A stretch of 64,000 bases of DNA from an uncultured Acidimicrobiales bacterium (GTDB lineage Bacteria > Actinomycetota > Acidimicrobiia > Acidimicrobiales > SHLQ01): the NCBI GenBank assembly GCA_964562985.1, contig CAZLWE010000013.1, positions 255 to 64,254 on the forward strand. The letters run 5' to 3'. A model generated the notes under the pieces. That model was not told where the DNA came from. It searched no databases and worked only from the letters and a program-made list of their open reading frames with translations. Below, in pieces: positions 42,497-56,800 of this stretch. The first letter of the stretch is position 1; each line of letters begins with the position of its first letter. The position numbers and the translations under genes are program-made.

Positions 42497-44692
42497 TTAC
42501 ACCTTTTCTAGGAGTGGCCTTGGGTCTACTCGGGCCTTGAACTTCTGTGCTGAGGAACGGGTCTCGTTGAGTTGTTCATCGAACAGTTGGACTTCGTCCC
42601 AGACGGTGTCTGCCGCTGCGGCGCTTGGCTCTCGGTCTGAGTAGATCGTGGTGGTCACATAGGGAGCGAGCGTCGACAATGACGACGACGCGTGCACACC
42701 AAGATCGCGACGAGCGGCGTTGACGATTTCCTTCACGGTCATATCCGAAGAGATATCGACACCGGCTTCGAGCAACCGGTCCTTCGATTCCTGCCATCCA
42801 GCGAGAACGCGTTCGGTCGGGTCTTCAAGGTTTCGTCGGTAGCGGCGACGAAGCACCTTGTAGATGACCACGACAACGAGCAGCATGATTGGGAACAGCA
42901 CGAGGACTAGGCCCGACAGCACCAGCACGCGAACACCCGCACTTGTTTCGGTGAGTTCTTGGTCGGGCTCGTCGTTCTCGGTTGGGTCGTCGGCACTTGG
43001 GGTCGGCCCTTCACGCGCAGGCTGGCCCTCGGGGATCGGCGTGGCGTCATCGGCGTTCGCTTGCGCCTCGCCACTCGTCGGCGGAATCGGATCGAAAGCG
43101 ACCCAACCGATGCCTTCGAAGAGCACCTCAGGCCAGGCGTCGTAATTGCTTGACGAAACCGTGTCGAGGAATACCAAGGAGGTGTCCTCTGTCGACTCCT
43201 GGGCGATCCGGTAGCCAACCATCACCCGGGTTGGGAAACCTTGTTGTCGGGCGGCGATCGCAAACGCGGAGACGAACTGGTCTCGGTAGCCTTCACCGTC
43301 CACCAAGAACTCTTCGACCCGGCCGACCGCTGTTCCTGACCGTTCATCGTTGACGAGGGTCAGCTCGTCGCGTAGCAGGGTTTCCAGGCTCTCGAGTCGC
43401 TCGAAGTCACTCGCACCCTCGATGGCTGCACCGAGCTCAACAATCGGTGAATCCGGCCCGATAGTCGGCAGCTCCAGGAAACGAGGGTCGGAGCGGTCGG
43501 CAACCGCGACACCACGCTCGTCGTCGTTCGGGGCAGCCACCTCAGACACCACCGCGTACGTCCGCTCGCTCTCGTCGGCTCGATTCAGCAATGACCCCGA
43601 GTCTTCGTCGAACCAAACATCGTCTGCTTCGATCCGGGTCACCGGTTGACCAGCCGGTAACCATGGGGAGTCCTCCGCCAAGATGACGATCTCCTGGCGC
43701 ACAGACAGGGTCTCGACCGTTCGCTCAAAGGGCACCTCGATATCGGCCGATGTTGCGGCGTAGGTCGAGTTCGTCGTCCAGTTCACGCCGTCGTAGGAGT
43801 CGAGGGCCACAAGCCCGATCCTGTTAAAGAAGACAGCCGAGGGGGCTGCCGGCAAGTTCAACTCGAATGCGGGTTCATTCGCTTCGCGGAGAGACTTGAG
43901 CTGGGCTAGCGGGTTTACTGCCGAGGCGGTGACGACATCTTCGTCTCGTAGTTGTCGGGGGTCGAATGGTTCGTCCCGGCCGGGTAGCACGAACGCAAGG
44001 AGCGGAGCCAGCGCTGCGAGGAGAATCAAAGGTCCGATTCCCGCGATGAGACGTTCCGTAAGCATCCGCTCGCCAACGAACTCGGTAACACGCGTCCGCT
44101 CATCGCTATCGAGTTGGGAGCGGGGTACTGCCCGAACGAGCGATAGCAGAAGCGCCGCCGCCAACAAGCCGACGATCAACACATAGGCAGATGTACCGCT
44201 CGGGGCACCGATTGGCAGCGAGATCGCAACGAAAATGACCGCAGGAATTGCTGCCGACGCGGACTGCTCTGATCGAATAAGCAGGACGCCCGTCACCGAG
44301 CCAGTGATCCATGCCATCGTCGCGACGAACCCGATGCCAGCAGGAACGCCCGTGTTGATAGGCAAGGTTTCCGCCAGGGTGTTCCTCCAACCATCGATGG
44401 TCATGTCGAACAACAGCGGACCGATATCACCTGCTCCGGTAAAGGAGGAACTCGGCAAGACGACGGCGAGCAGCAGGAAAAGCACGCCACCGATGATCAA
44501 CGCAGCCGTTCGCAGAAATGGACCCATCGCGGTCCTGCTCAGGGCGACAGCGAGCACGCCCGAGACGAGTACGCCCAGAAGAACCGGTGGGATCCAGCCC
44601 GGGCCGGCGAAGACGCGGCTGTAAAAGAGCGCTGACACCGTCAATAGCAGGCCCGCCGCCGAGACCTGACCCAAAAACACCTGCTGATTCAT
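42497..44692 (-). CDS. transglutaminase-domain polytopic membrane protein (TgpA-like)
   Basis: About 730 aa: N-terminal TM bundle, central transglutaminase-like core, TM, DUF4129-like tail. ATG 44692 overlaps the upstream stop (ATGA). Confidence 0.75.
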   Translation of the reverse strand: MNQQVFLGQVSAAGLLLTVSALFYSRVFAGPGWIPPVLLGVLVSGVLAVALSRTAMGPFLRTAALIIGGVLFLLLAVVLPSSSFTGAGDIGPLLFDMTIDGWRNTLAETLPINTGVPAGIGFVATMAWITGSVTGVLLIRSEQSASAAIPAVIFVAISLPIGAPSGTSAYVLIVGLLAAALLLSLVRAVPRSQLDSDERTRVTEFVGERMLTERLIAGIGPLILLAALAPLLAFVLPGRDEPFDPRQLRDEDVVTASAVNPLAQLKSLREANEPAFELNLPAAPSAVFFNRIGLVALDSYDGVNWTTNSTYAATSADIEVPFERTVETLSVRQEIVILAEDSPWLPAGQPVTRIEADDVWFDEDSGSLLNRADESERTYAVVSEVAAPNDDERGVAVADRSDPRFLELPTIGPDSPIVELGAAIEGASDFERLESLETLLRDELTLVNDERSGTAVGRVEEFLVDGEGYRDQFVSAFAIAARQQGFPTRVMVGYRIAQESTEDTSLVFLDTVSSSNYDAWPEVLFEGIGWVAFDPIPPTSGEAQANADDATPIPEGQPAREGPTPSADDPTENDEPDQELTETSAGVRVLVLSGLVLVLFPIMLLVVVVIYKVLRRRYRRNLEDPTERVLAGWQESKDRLLEAGVDISSDMTVKEIVNAARRDLGVHASSSLSTLAPYVTTTIYSDREPSAAAADTVWDEVQLFDEQLNETRSSAQKFKARVDPRPLLEKV

Positions 44693-45828
44693 GCTCGCCT
44701 CGTTACTTGGTTCCATGCGTTGGCGAAGTCAGCGCTGTCGGCGGCGGTGATGAGCGTTGCGTCGGGCGAACCGCGTTCCCAGTTTTGCGCGCCCGAGGTG
44801 AATTGGGCGACGGTGATCACATCGAAGCGATCTCGAAACTGGCGCAACAGTTCAAGCTCGTTGGCCGGGATGACACCCGTCACGACCGTCAGGGAAACAC
44901 CACCGATATTGGCTTGCACCTCGTCGAGTGTTTTCTCGATCGAGCCGATGAATGACAGTCCTACCTCGGCGAACTTGTCCATTATCTTGGCGGCTGGAAC
45001 CTGCTGGTTGAGCACGTCGCCGTCGGTGGTCACGAAACGAAAGTCGAAGCCTCGGCTCATCGATGCGGCGATGATCGAGGCGGCGGCTCGGACCGCGTCT
45101 TCGAAAGACTCAGCCGAATGCGAGGTGGCTCGGTTGTCGAGCACGACGAGCGACCTCGGCTGGTGGGTGTCGACGTTGTGGCGGACCATCAACTTGCCGC
45201 TACGCGCCGAGGAGCGCCAGTGCACCTGACGCAGATCATCGCCGTGGACGTAATCACGCAAGGTATGGAAGGTGACTCCGCCTTCGAGAGCCTTGCCGAT
45301 CTCTGGACCCTCAAGGTCACGGGCGATGCCGCTAGGGAACGGCTCCAACTGATGGATCTGTGGATGCACGTACAGGTTCGTGATCTCCTCATCGGGATCA
45401 CCGGAGCGAACTAGCCCAAATGGGTCGGCCCGCGTTACGTCGAGCGGCCCTACTCGAAAGACCCCCCGCTCATCGGTAGGTAGATCGGTCTCGATGATGA
45501 CCGACTCTCCAGGCTCAAGACTGGGCACCTCGATCGGCAGTTGTGATTCGCCGAATCGCTCAAGGGCGAGACCACCTGATGTGCGGCGTCGTCCGCTGTT
45601 GGAGATCGTGAGGTTCGACCGGGCCGCTCTCCCGACGCGAGTTCTCTCGGGCAACACGACACGGCTCGCCTCCACCCGGGGCCTGCGCAGAATCCAGATA
45701 CGACCGATGATCACGGCTGCGAGGAACGCCAAGCCGAGTGCCAGCAGTGTTACGTATCCACCCGCGATTCCGGCTACGACGGCGATGATACCGACGACCA
45801 GAAACGTCTTTCCGGCGTTCGTTAGCAC
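44689..45828 (-). CDS. DUF58-domain protein
   Basis: 379 aa with two N-terminal TM helices. It lies between the MoxR and transglutaminase genes, as in the known conserved triad. Confidence 0.75.
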   Translation of the reverse strand: MLTNAGKTFLVVGIIAVVAGIAGGYVTLLALGLAFLAAVIIGRIWILRRPRVEASRVVLPERTRVGRAARSNLTISNSGRRRTSGGLALERFGESQLPIEVPSLEPGESVIIETDLPTDERGVFRVGPLDVTRADPFGLVRSGDPDEEITNLYVHPQIHQLEPFPSGIARDLEGPEIGKALEGGVTFHTLRDYVHGDDLRQVHWRSSARSGKLMVRHNVDTHQPRSLVVLDNRATSHSAESFEDAVRAAASIIAASMSRGFDFRFVTTDGDVLNQQVPAAKIMDKFAEVGLSFIGSIEKTLDEVQANIGGVSLTVVTGVIPANELELLRQFRDRFDVITVAQFTSGAQNWERGSPDATLITAADSADFANAWNQVTRRA

Positions 45829-46817
45829 TAACGCTCCAGCCGTTCCTTCGGCGTAGGAATCTCCTGGAGTACGCCGCGTAGCAACTCCGCCTCGTTAATA
45901 CCTTCGAACTGTGCTTCTGGCTTGAGCAGCATGCGATGAGCCAGCACGGACTCGGTCAGATCCTTCACATCGTCTGCGGTAACGAACGGACGACCGTTAG
46001 CCGCAGCGAGGGCACGAGCGGTTCGGCCCAGTGCGATGGAGCCGCGGGGGCTCACACCGATGCGCAACTCGGGAAGCTCGCGGGTAGCTCGAACAATAGA
46101 GACGATGTATTGGCGCACGGCAGCAGAGATGTAGACGTTGTCTGCCACTCGAGCCATTTGGCGGACCTCTTCGGTCGACAGAACTGGCTCAACGTCGATC
46201 CGGGTTCGCCCCGCGGGCGCCGAATCGATGATGTCGATCTCTGCGACAGCGGAGGGGTAGCCGATGGCGACGCGCATCATGAAGCGGTCGATCTGGGCTT
46301 CCGGTAGCGCGTACGTGCCGTCGTGTTCGACCGGGTTCTGTGTCGCGACGACCAAGAATGGGTTCGGCACCGGACGTGGCACACCGTCGACGGTGACTTG
46401 GTACTCCTCCATTACTTCGAGAAGCGCAGACTGCGTCTTTGGCGAAGCACGGTTGATCTCGTCAGCCAGGACGATGTTTGCGAACACCGCTCCTGGATGA
46501 AACTCGAACTCGTTGTTGGCCTGGTTGAAGATCTGCACGCCAGTGACGTCTGATGGCAACAGGTCTGGCGTGAACTGGATACGGGTCAACGTCCCATCGA
46601 CAGACTCTGCGAGTGCCCGGGCCAGACTGGTCTTGCCCGTTCCAGGCACATCCTCAATCAGGAGGTGGCCCTGGGCGAGCATGCAAAGGAACGCGATGCG
46701 AATCTCACGCGTCTTGCCATGAATAACCCGCTCCACGTTGTTAACCAACTGCTGAAAGCGATCGGCGTACGTCCGGACCTCTAGTTCAAGGTCGTCGGCG
46801 GCGTTTGTTGTTGTCAC
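45828..46817 (-). CDS. MoxR-family AAA+ ATPase
   Basis: Walker A GTGKT in EDVPGTGKTSLA and Walker B ADEINR. GTG 46817 is preceded by GGAGA (46829-46825). The ORF opens at 46841. Confidence 0.9.
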   Translation of the reverse strand: MTTTNAADDLELEVRTYADRFQQLVNNVERVIHGKTREIRIAFLCMLAQGHLLIEDVPGTGKTSLARALAESVDGTLTRIQFTPDLLPSDVTGVQIFNQANNEFEFHPGAVFANIVLADEINRASPKTQSALLEVMEEYQVTVDGVPRPVPNPFLVVATQNPVEHDGTYALPEAQIDRFMMRVAIGYPSAVAEIDIIDSAPAGRTRIDVEPVLSTEEVRQMARVADNVYISAAVRQYIVSIVRATRELPELRIGVSPRGSIALGRTARALAAANGRPFVTADDVKDLTESVLAHRMLLKPEAQFEGINEAELLRGVLQEIPTPKERLER

Positions 46818-46924
46818 TGCGACATCTCCACGTAGGAACAATCTAAAGTCAAGTGTGGCCTAGGAATCGCGCCACGTCACTTCGCGAGGGTAGATGCCTG
46901 GAGCGCAAAAGGGGAAGGTGAGCC

Positions 46925-47713
46925 ATCAGTCGTCGCAGACTTGACGCAGAACTTGTAACACGGGGCCTAGCGCGGTCGCGAGAACACGCTGTGCAGCTAA
47001 TTCAGCACAAGAAAGTCACAGTGAGTGGTGCGCCGGCCCTAAAGCCGGCCCGCCAGGTCAGCCCTGGTGAGCCCATAATCGTTACGGGGCCAGGCCCGAA
47101 ATACGTGAGCAGAGCCGGCCTAAAGCTGGAGACAGCTCTCGACCGATTCTCGCTCGATCCAACCGATATGACCTGTCTCGACGCTGGTTCGTCCACTGGA
47201 GGTTTTACTGATTGTCTCCTCCAATCAGGGGCAGCGCGCGTCGTCGCGGTAGACGTCGGCACGGGCCAGCTGCATCAGCGGCTTCGCGAAAACCCCCAAG
47301 TTGAGGTGCATGAGCAAACCGATATCCGGTCGATCACCTCCAGCTCCTTTGCGCCGGACTCGGTCCCCGAACTCGGATTCGACCTCGTAGTGGCGGACCT
47401 TTCCTTCATCTCGACCCGTAGTTTGCTCGGACATCTCGCCTCGTTTGTGGCCGACAGTGGGTGCGCCGTCACGCTCATCAAGCCCCAATTCGAGGCCGGC
47501 CGGCGCGACGTCAGCCGAGGTAAAGGCATCATCAACGACCCGGCAATCTGGGTTCGGGTCCTCCATGACTTCATCGAGGAGGCCGCAGCCGTCGGACTCC
47601 CGGTGATCGATCTCGCGCTCTCACCGGTGAAGGGCGGAAAGGGCAACGTCGAGTTCCTCGCGCTACATCAGCCTCTAATACCCCGGTCGCGCAGCTTTGA
47701 ACGACATACTTAG
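46925..47713 (+). CDS. tlyA: TlyA-family rRNA 2'-O-methyltransferase, probable ATC start
   Basis: The conserved S4 N-terminus RRRLDAELVTRGLARSREHA is in frame upstream of the first canonical start (GTG 46991). It is bounded by an in-frame TGA at 46919-46921. SD-like GGGGAAGG at 46911-46918. Confidence 0.75.
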   Translation: MSRRRLDAELVTRGLARSREHAVQLIQHKKVTVSGAPALKPARQVSPGEPIIVTGPGPKYVSRAGLKLETALDRFSLDPTDMTCLDAGSSTGGFTDCLLQSGAARVVAVDVGTGQLHQRLRENPQVEVHEQTDIRSITSSSFAPDSVPELGFDLVVADLSFISTRSLLGHLASFVADSGCAVTLIKPQFEAGRRDVSRGKGIINDPAIWVRVLHDFIEEAAAVGLPVIDLALSPVKGGKGNVEFLALHQPLIPRSRSFERHT

Positions 47714-47740
47714 AACTATGACGATCAAAGCTCAACCCTG

Positions 47741-48577
47741 ATGGCACGAATTGGGCTGGTCCTGCACGGCGCTGAACCCGACGCGCTCGTCGAAGCCCAA
47801 CGAATCTCCGCCGTACTCGGCGAAGGTGGACACGAGGTCGTGTCCATCGTTGAGGAAGCAGCCGAAGACAGCGGAATCACCCTCGTAGAACCCGAGTCGT
47901 TCGCCGGCGGCCTCGATCTCGCGATCTCCCTCGGTGGCGACGGGACGATGCTGCGCACTGTCGGCCTGTTGTGCGGGAGCGATGTGCACATCCTGGGAGT
48001 CAACTTTGGCGACCTCGGCTACCTGACCGTCATCGAGCCCGGTGAGCTCGACCGAGCCGTCGAACGCACCCTGAAAGGCGACTACACCGTCGAGGAACGA
48101 ATGCTGGTTAGCGGCACCGTCGCTGGCCAGGAGTTCCACGCCCTCAACGACATCGTGGTTGAGCGCGCGCCTGGCAATACGACGGTTCGGGTAGGCGTAA
48201 CCATCGATGACAAACCATTTACGGCCTATCCCGCTGACGGCCTCATTCTGGCAACCCCCACGGGTAGCACCGCCTACTCCCTATCGGCCCGCGGGCCGAT
48301 CGTGTACCCGACGCATACCGCGATGCTGCTCACGCCGGTGTCACCGCACATGTTGTTCGACCGAAGCCTCGTGCTCCGACCAGATTCGGTCGTCGAATTG
48401 ACCATCGAGGGACACCGAGACGGCGTCGTGTCAGTGGACGGCAATACGATGCACACCATGAGTCCTGGAGACACCATCGTGTGCACGGCATCGCGCCATG
48501 TCGCCCGCCTCGTCACCTTCGATCGGCGAGACAACCTCGCCGTCCTGAAATCCAAGCTCGGCATCGCCGACAGATGA
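47741..48577 (+). CDS. nadK: NAD kinase
   Basis: GGDGTML motif. 278 aa. tlyA-nadK-recN synteny. Confidence 0.9.
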   Translation: MARIGLVLHGAEPDALVEAQRISAVLGEGGHEVVSIVEEAAEDSGITLVEPESFAGGLDLAISLGGDGTMLRTVGLLCGSDVHILGVNFGDLGYLTVIEPGELDRAVERTLKGDYTVEERMLVSGTVAGQEFHALNDIVVERAPGNTTVRVGVTIDDKPFTAYPADGLILATPTGSTAYSLSARGPIVYPTHTAMLLTPVSPHMLFDRSLVLRPDSVVELTIEGHRDGVVSVDGNTMHTMSPGDTIVCTASRHVARLVTFDRRDNLAVLKSKLGIADR

Positions 48578-48599
48578 CCACCCGTAGATAGATCGCACC

Positions 48600-52376
<3,777 letters not shown>

Positions 52377-52377
<1 letters not shown>

Positions 52378-53339
52378 TGACACGCCCGAAGGCCTCGGGC
52401 GCCAAGGATGCGCTTCCTCTCGACATGGAGGACTTTCTGACCCACTTGCTGATCGAGAAGGGGCGAGCCCCCAACACCCTGGCCGCCTACCGAAGAGACT
52501 TGACCAAGTACGCCGGCTATCTGGACGAGAACGGTGTCGCTGCGCGTAACGCGACCACACAGGACATAGAAGGTTTCAACGCGCTCCTTCACAACGCCCA
52601 ACTCGCCGCGACAACGACGAATCGCACGATGGCGGCGGTCAGAGGGCTCTATCGCTACCTCTTCGCCGAAGGCGTAGTCACCGGCGACCCGACTGCCGAT
52701 GTCGAGCAAAACAAGCTCCCACGCGGCCTACCCAAAGCGCTCACCGAAGACGAAGTCGCCGCGGTCCTTGAAGCCCCTGCCTCCGACTCACCGGCCGACC
52801 TTCGAGACCGAGCGATACTCGAGTTGCTCTACGGAACAGGAATGCGCATCTCCGAATGCGTCGCACTGTCACTCGATGACATCGACCACCCCTCAGCGCT
52901 CGTGCGAGTTACGGGCAAGGGTGACAAGCAACGTCTAGTGCCACTCGGTCGATTCGCTGACCGCGCTCTCGAACGGTGGCTTGGCCCGGAGGGGCGAGCG
53001 AATCTCGCGCCCGACACGTGGGCCGGTCGCGACCAACAGAATGCGGTGTTTCTCAATCAACGTGGAGGGCGTCTATCCCGCCAAGGAATATGGGGTGTCG
53101 TGCGAAAGCACGGTTTAACCGCTGGCGTCGCAGATCGTCTAACCCCTCACGTGCTACGTCACAGCTGTGCGACACACATGCTAGACAATGGTGCCGATAT
53201 ACGTACTGTGCAGGAATTGCTCGGACATAGCTCGATATCAACTACTCAGCTCTACACGAAGGTCTCTACCGACCTACTCGTTCGCAGCTACCGTGCCGCC
53301 CACCCCCGGGCCACGTCGAAACCAGGCGGTGCGTCATGA
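52377..53339 (+). CDS. xerD: tyrosine recombinase XerD
   Basis: Core-binding N-terminus plus R...HxxR...Y catalytic residues (LRHSCATHML ... LGHSSISTTQLYT). It sits in conserved pyrG-nudix-xerD synteny. Confidence 0.9.
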
Positions 53340-53851
53340 AGGCTCTCCATCTCACGAAACGATTCTTCGGCTCCCTGCTACCCATCGGCCCCTCTCGCGA
53401 GGACGATGAGTGGGCCACATCACAGCTTCTCGAAGGCGAGGTCGCGTTGTGGCAACGCATGAGCGCACAAGACCGTCGGCATGCCGCCGGTGTCGCTCGA
53501 CGAACCGTAGACACCCTCGGTGAACGCGCTGATCGTCCGGTGATCGCGGCTGCGCTACTGCACGATGTTGGAAAGGTAGACAGCCAACTGGGCACCTTTC
53601 ATCGCGTCGTTGCGACCCTATCGGCAGCCGTCGCGGGACGCGAGACCGCCGAACTATGGGTTCGCGGCAGCGGTATAACCCGTCGTATCGGCCTCTACCT
53701 GCGCCACCCCGAGATCGGCGGCGACCTACTGGCGATGGCGGGAAGCGACGTGTTCACCGCCACCTGGGCGCGACAACATCATCTCCCCGAAGAGATGTGT
53801 TCGCTAGATACAGAACTTGCTTCGGCGCTACGAGACGCTGACGACGACTAG
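53336..53851 (+). CDS. HD-domain protein
   Basis: RRHAAGVA ... LLHDVGK HD motif. It overlaps the xerD stop (ATGA). Confidence 0.7.
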   Translation: MKALHLTKRFFGSLLPIGPSREDDEWATSQLLEGEVALWQRMSAQDRRHAAGVARRTVDTLGERADRPVIAAALLHDVGKVDSQLGTFHRVVATLSAAVAGRETAELWVRGSGITRRIGLYLRHPEIGGDLLAMAGSDVFTATWARQHHLPEEMCSLDTELASALRDADDD

Positions 53852-53881
53852 CTAGCGTTTCTCCAGCGCTCAACGCGGTGG

Positions 53882-56800
53882 CTACGGGCCAGGCACCGCC
53901 GTGGTCGTCGTGGTCGTCGTGGTCGGCGCCACCGTCGTCGTCGTAGTAGTCGTCGTAGTCGTAGTCGTCGTAGTTGTGGTCGTCGTAGTCGTCGTAGTTG
54001 TGGTCGTCGTTGTCGGCGCCACCGTCGTCGTCGTCGTTGTCGGCGCCACCGTCGTCGTCGTCGTAGTTGGGGCCGGTGGTGTCATTTCGGCACTCGTCGC
54101 CGTGTCAGAACCATTCCCGTTCGAACCGGTGACAGTAATGGTGTAGGAGGTGTTGGCCGAGGGGGCAGTGAATACTGCGTCCGGACCCACCCCATCGACA
54201 ACAACACCGTTTCCACTGATCGACCACACCCAATTCGTGATGGTCTGATTCGCCGAGGCGGACGCCATAATCGTGTTGCCGGTCAAGCTCGTCACGAGGC
54301 TCACGCTCGGTGGAGGAAGCGCTGGCGTAACCTCCGTCGTGAAGGCGGTATCGGAGCCATTCCCGTTCGTACCGGTAACGGTGATGGTGTACGTCGTCGC
54401 TGGCGACGGCACGGTGAAGGACGCATCAGGCCCGACACCATCGGTTACGACCCCATCACCATCGATCGACCACGCCCAATTCGTGATGGCCTGATCAGCC
54501 GACGCGGTGGCAGATACCGTCGTGCCGACCAACGAGCTGACCACGCTTACCTGAGGAGCCGGAGGCGTAATTGTGACCGGCACGTCTCGCTCGAAGACAT
54601 CGGTTTGACCATCGGCGGCGGTCACCGTTAGTTCGATCGGGAAGACTCCGGTCGAGGGGAATGCGAACGACACGAAACTTCCGGAAGGCGCTGGATTCGC
54701 AGCGTCGGGGGCAGACCAAGCGAACGTCGCTGCGCCCGTCGAACTGGAGGCGTCGCACGAGACGATGTCTGAACCGGCGGTCTGGGAGCACGTGAACGCT
54801 GCGGTTGGAGGAGCGTTCACGACGGTAACCATCTGGGTGGTTGTGTCTGAACCAGCACCATTCGTAACCGTTAGTGTCACCTCATAGGTACCAGCTGCGT
54901 CATAGAGATGGTTCGGGCTTCGTACAGCCGTGGTGTCCCCGTCGCCGAAGTCCCACAGCACGGTTGAACCCTGGATCGGCAAATCTGTCGAGGTGTTCGT
55001 GAACTGCGCCGAGAGTGCACCGGTAGTCACCGAGAATGCTGCGGTTGGAGCGCGGTTTACGGTCAGCGTCTGCTCGAACTCTGTCGAGGAGCCGCCGTCG
55101 TTGGTCGCGATCAACGTGACGGTGTAGGTGCCAGGCAACGCATAGGTCTTATTCGGGCTCTGGGCCGTCGACGCGGTTCCGTCGCCGAAGTCCCATTCCC
55201 ATGCAGTTGGCCCATTGGACGACGTGTCGGTAAAGCTCACGAGGAGCTCATCGATCACCGAACTAAAGGACGCCACGGGCGGATCTACAACGGTGACAAT
55301 CAAGGAAGTTGAGTCCGAACCGCCGGCGTTGGAGGCCGTCAGCGTCACCGTGTACGTCCCAGGCATATCAAATGGCCGAACCGGGCTCTGGGCGGTCGAT
55401 CGTGGTCCATTGTCGCCGAAATCCCAACGCCATTCGGTTGGGTCACCGGTTGAGGAATCGGTAAATCGAAGCGGCTGGTTGACCGGGACCACGGCTGTTG
55501 GAACGGTGAAGCTTGCGATTGGTGGGTTGGGGGGAAGCGGCAGGACGGTCACCGTCTTTGCGGCACTGTCGCTGCCAGCATCGTTCGATACCGTTTGGGT
55601 GACCGTGAACGTTCCCGGTTCAGTCCAGGCTTTGACGACATTCGCGCCTTGATCCGAAGTGTTGTCACCAAACTCCCACGTGATGAGGGTGGGATTGTTC
55701 AACGAGAGGTCGTTGAAGCGGATCTCTTCGCCGACCACTACTTCGAGCGTCGACTCACCGAATCGAGCGATAGGTGGCTGTACCGCTGGCTCCACGGTGA
55801 TATCGCTGAAGGTAGTGTCGGTACCGGCACTGTTGGATACCTGAAGGCGGATCCGATACGTGCCGGGCTCGGTCCACGAGTGGCGGACAACTGTGCCGAG
55901 CGAACCCTGGCCGTCGTCGAAGTCCCAGGTGGTGCTCGTCGGCGAATTCGTCGACTCGCTCAACAGCGTGATCGTCTGACCGACTTCGACGATTCCAGGG
56001 AAGGCACCAATTACCGCCTCGGGCGGGCTGACCGATTCCACCACGGTGATTATCGCGTTCGCAGTGTCTGCGCCGGCCTCATTGCTCGCCGTGAGCGACA
56101 CCGTGAATTGTCCCGGGGTGCTAAAGGTATGGGTCGGGGCCGTACCGGTGGCGGTGGATCCCTCGCCAAAGCTCCACAGCAAGACGTCGGGATCTCCGGT
56201 GGATTGATCGAAGAACTGCAGCGCTTCACCGACTTCCACGGTGCTTGTCTCGAAGGTGAAGTCGGCGGTAGGAACACGCAACAAGTCGGGAGCGACCACG
56301 GTGAAGTCAAATGACTGTTGCGACTCGTCTCCTGCTTCGTTCGCGACGAACAAGGTCACGGTGAAGACACCTTCGGTGTCCCAAGACTTCGTAGCTTGGG
56401 GCCCGTTGGCTCCGGTGCCATCGCCGAAGTCCCAGTTCCAGGACGTGGGGTTGCCGGCGGAACTATCGAGCAGTTCAACTACCTCGCCAGCGTTTACGGT
56501 GTCGGAGGAGAACGTGAAGTTGGCCTGCAACTCCTCTTCGACGACTGTTTCGTCGAGCACCTGTTGCTCGAGTTCAACAATCAACGGTGCGTTCGACAGT
56601 TCACCTTCGAACGGCAAGTCGAGATCGTCCGCGTCGAGCTCATCGCCTTCGCCGTCAGGAACGGCCAACGCATCGCCGCCCTCGCCCACGGAGAGCCCTG
56701 CACTACCAAAGCCGAACTCTCCCCGCTGCCCAAATATGATCTCGTCGGTTTCGGACTCGCCTGCCGCGGCATCGATGCCTTCGCCTTCACCCTGCTCGGT

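Noticed and set aside
46918-46995. An apparent frameshift in the 5' end of tlyA
   Set aside because: Re-reading the bases showed the S4-encoding segment is in the same frame as the main ORF. The real anomaly is the lack of a canonical start codon, reported as a finding.
53901-54146. Poly-valine ORF (and the similar one at 16604..16897)
   Set aside because: They are reverse-strand readings of the poly-Thr codon arrays of the PKD protein and the M15 lipoprotein.
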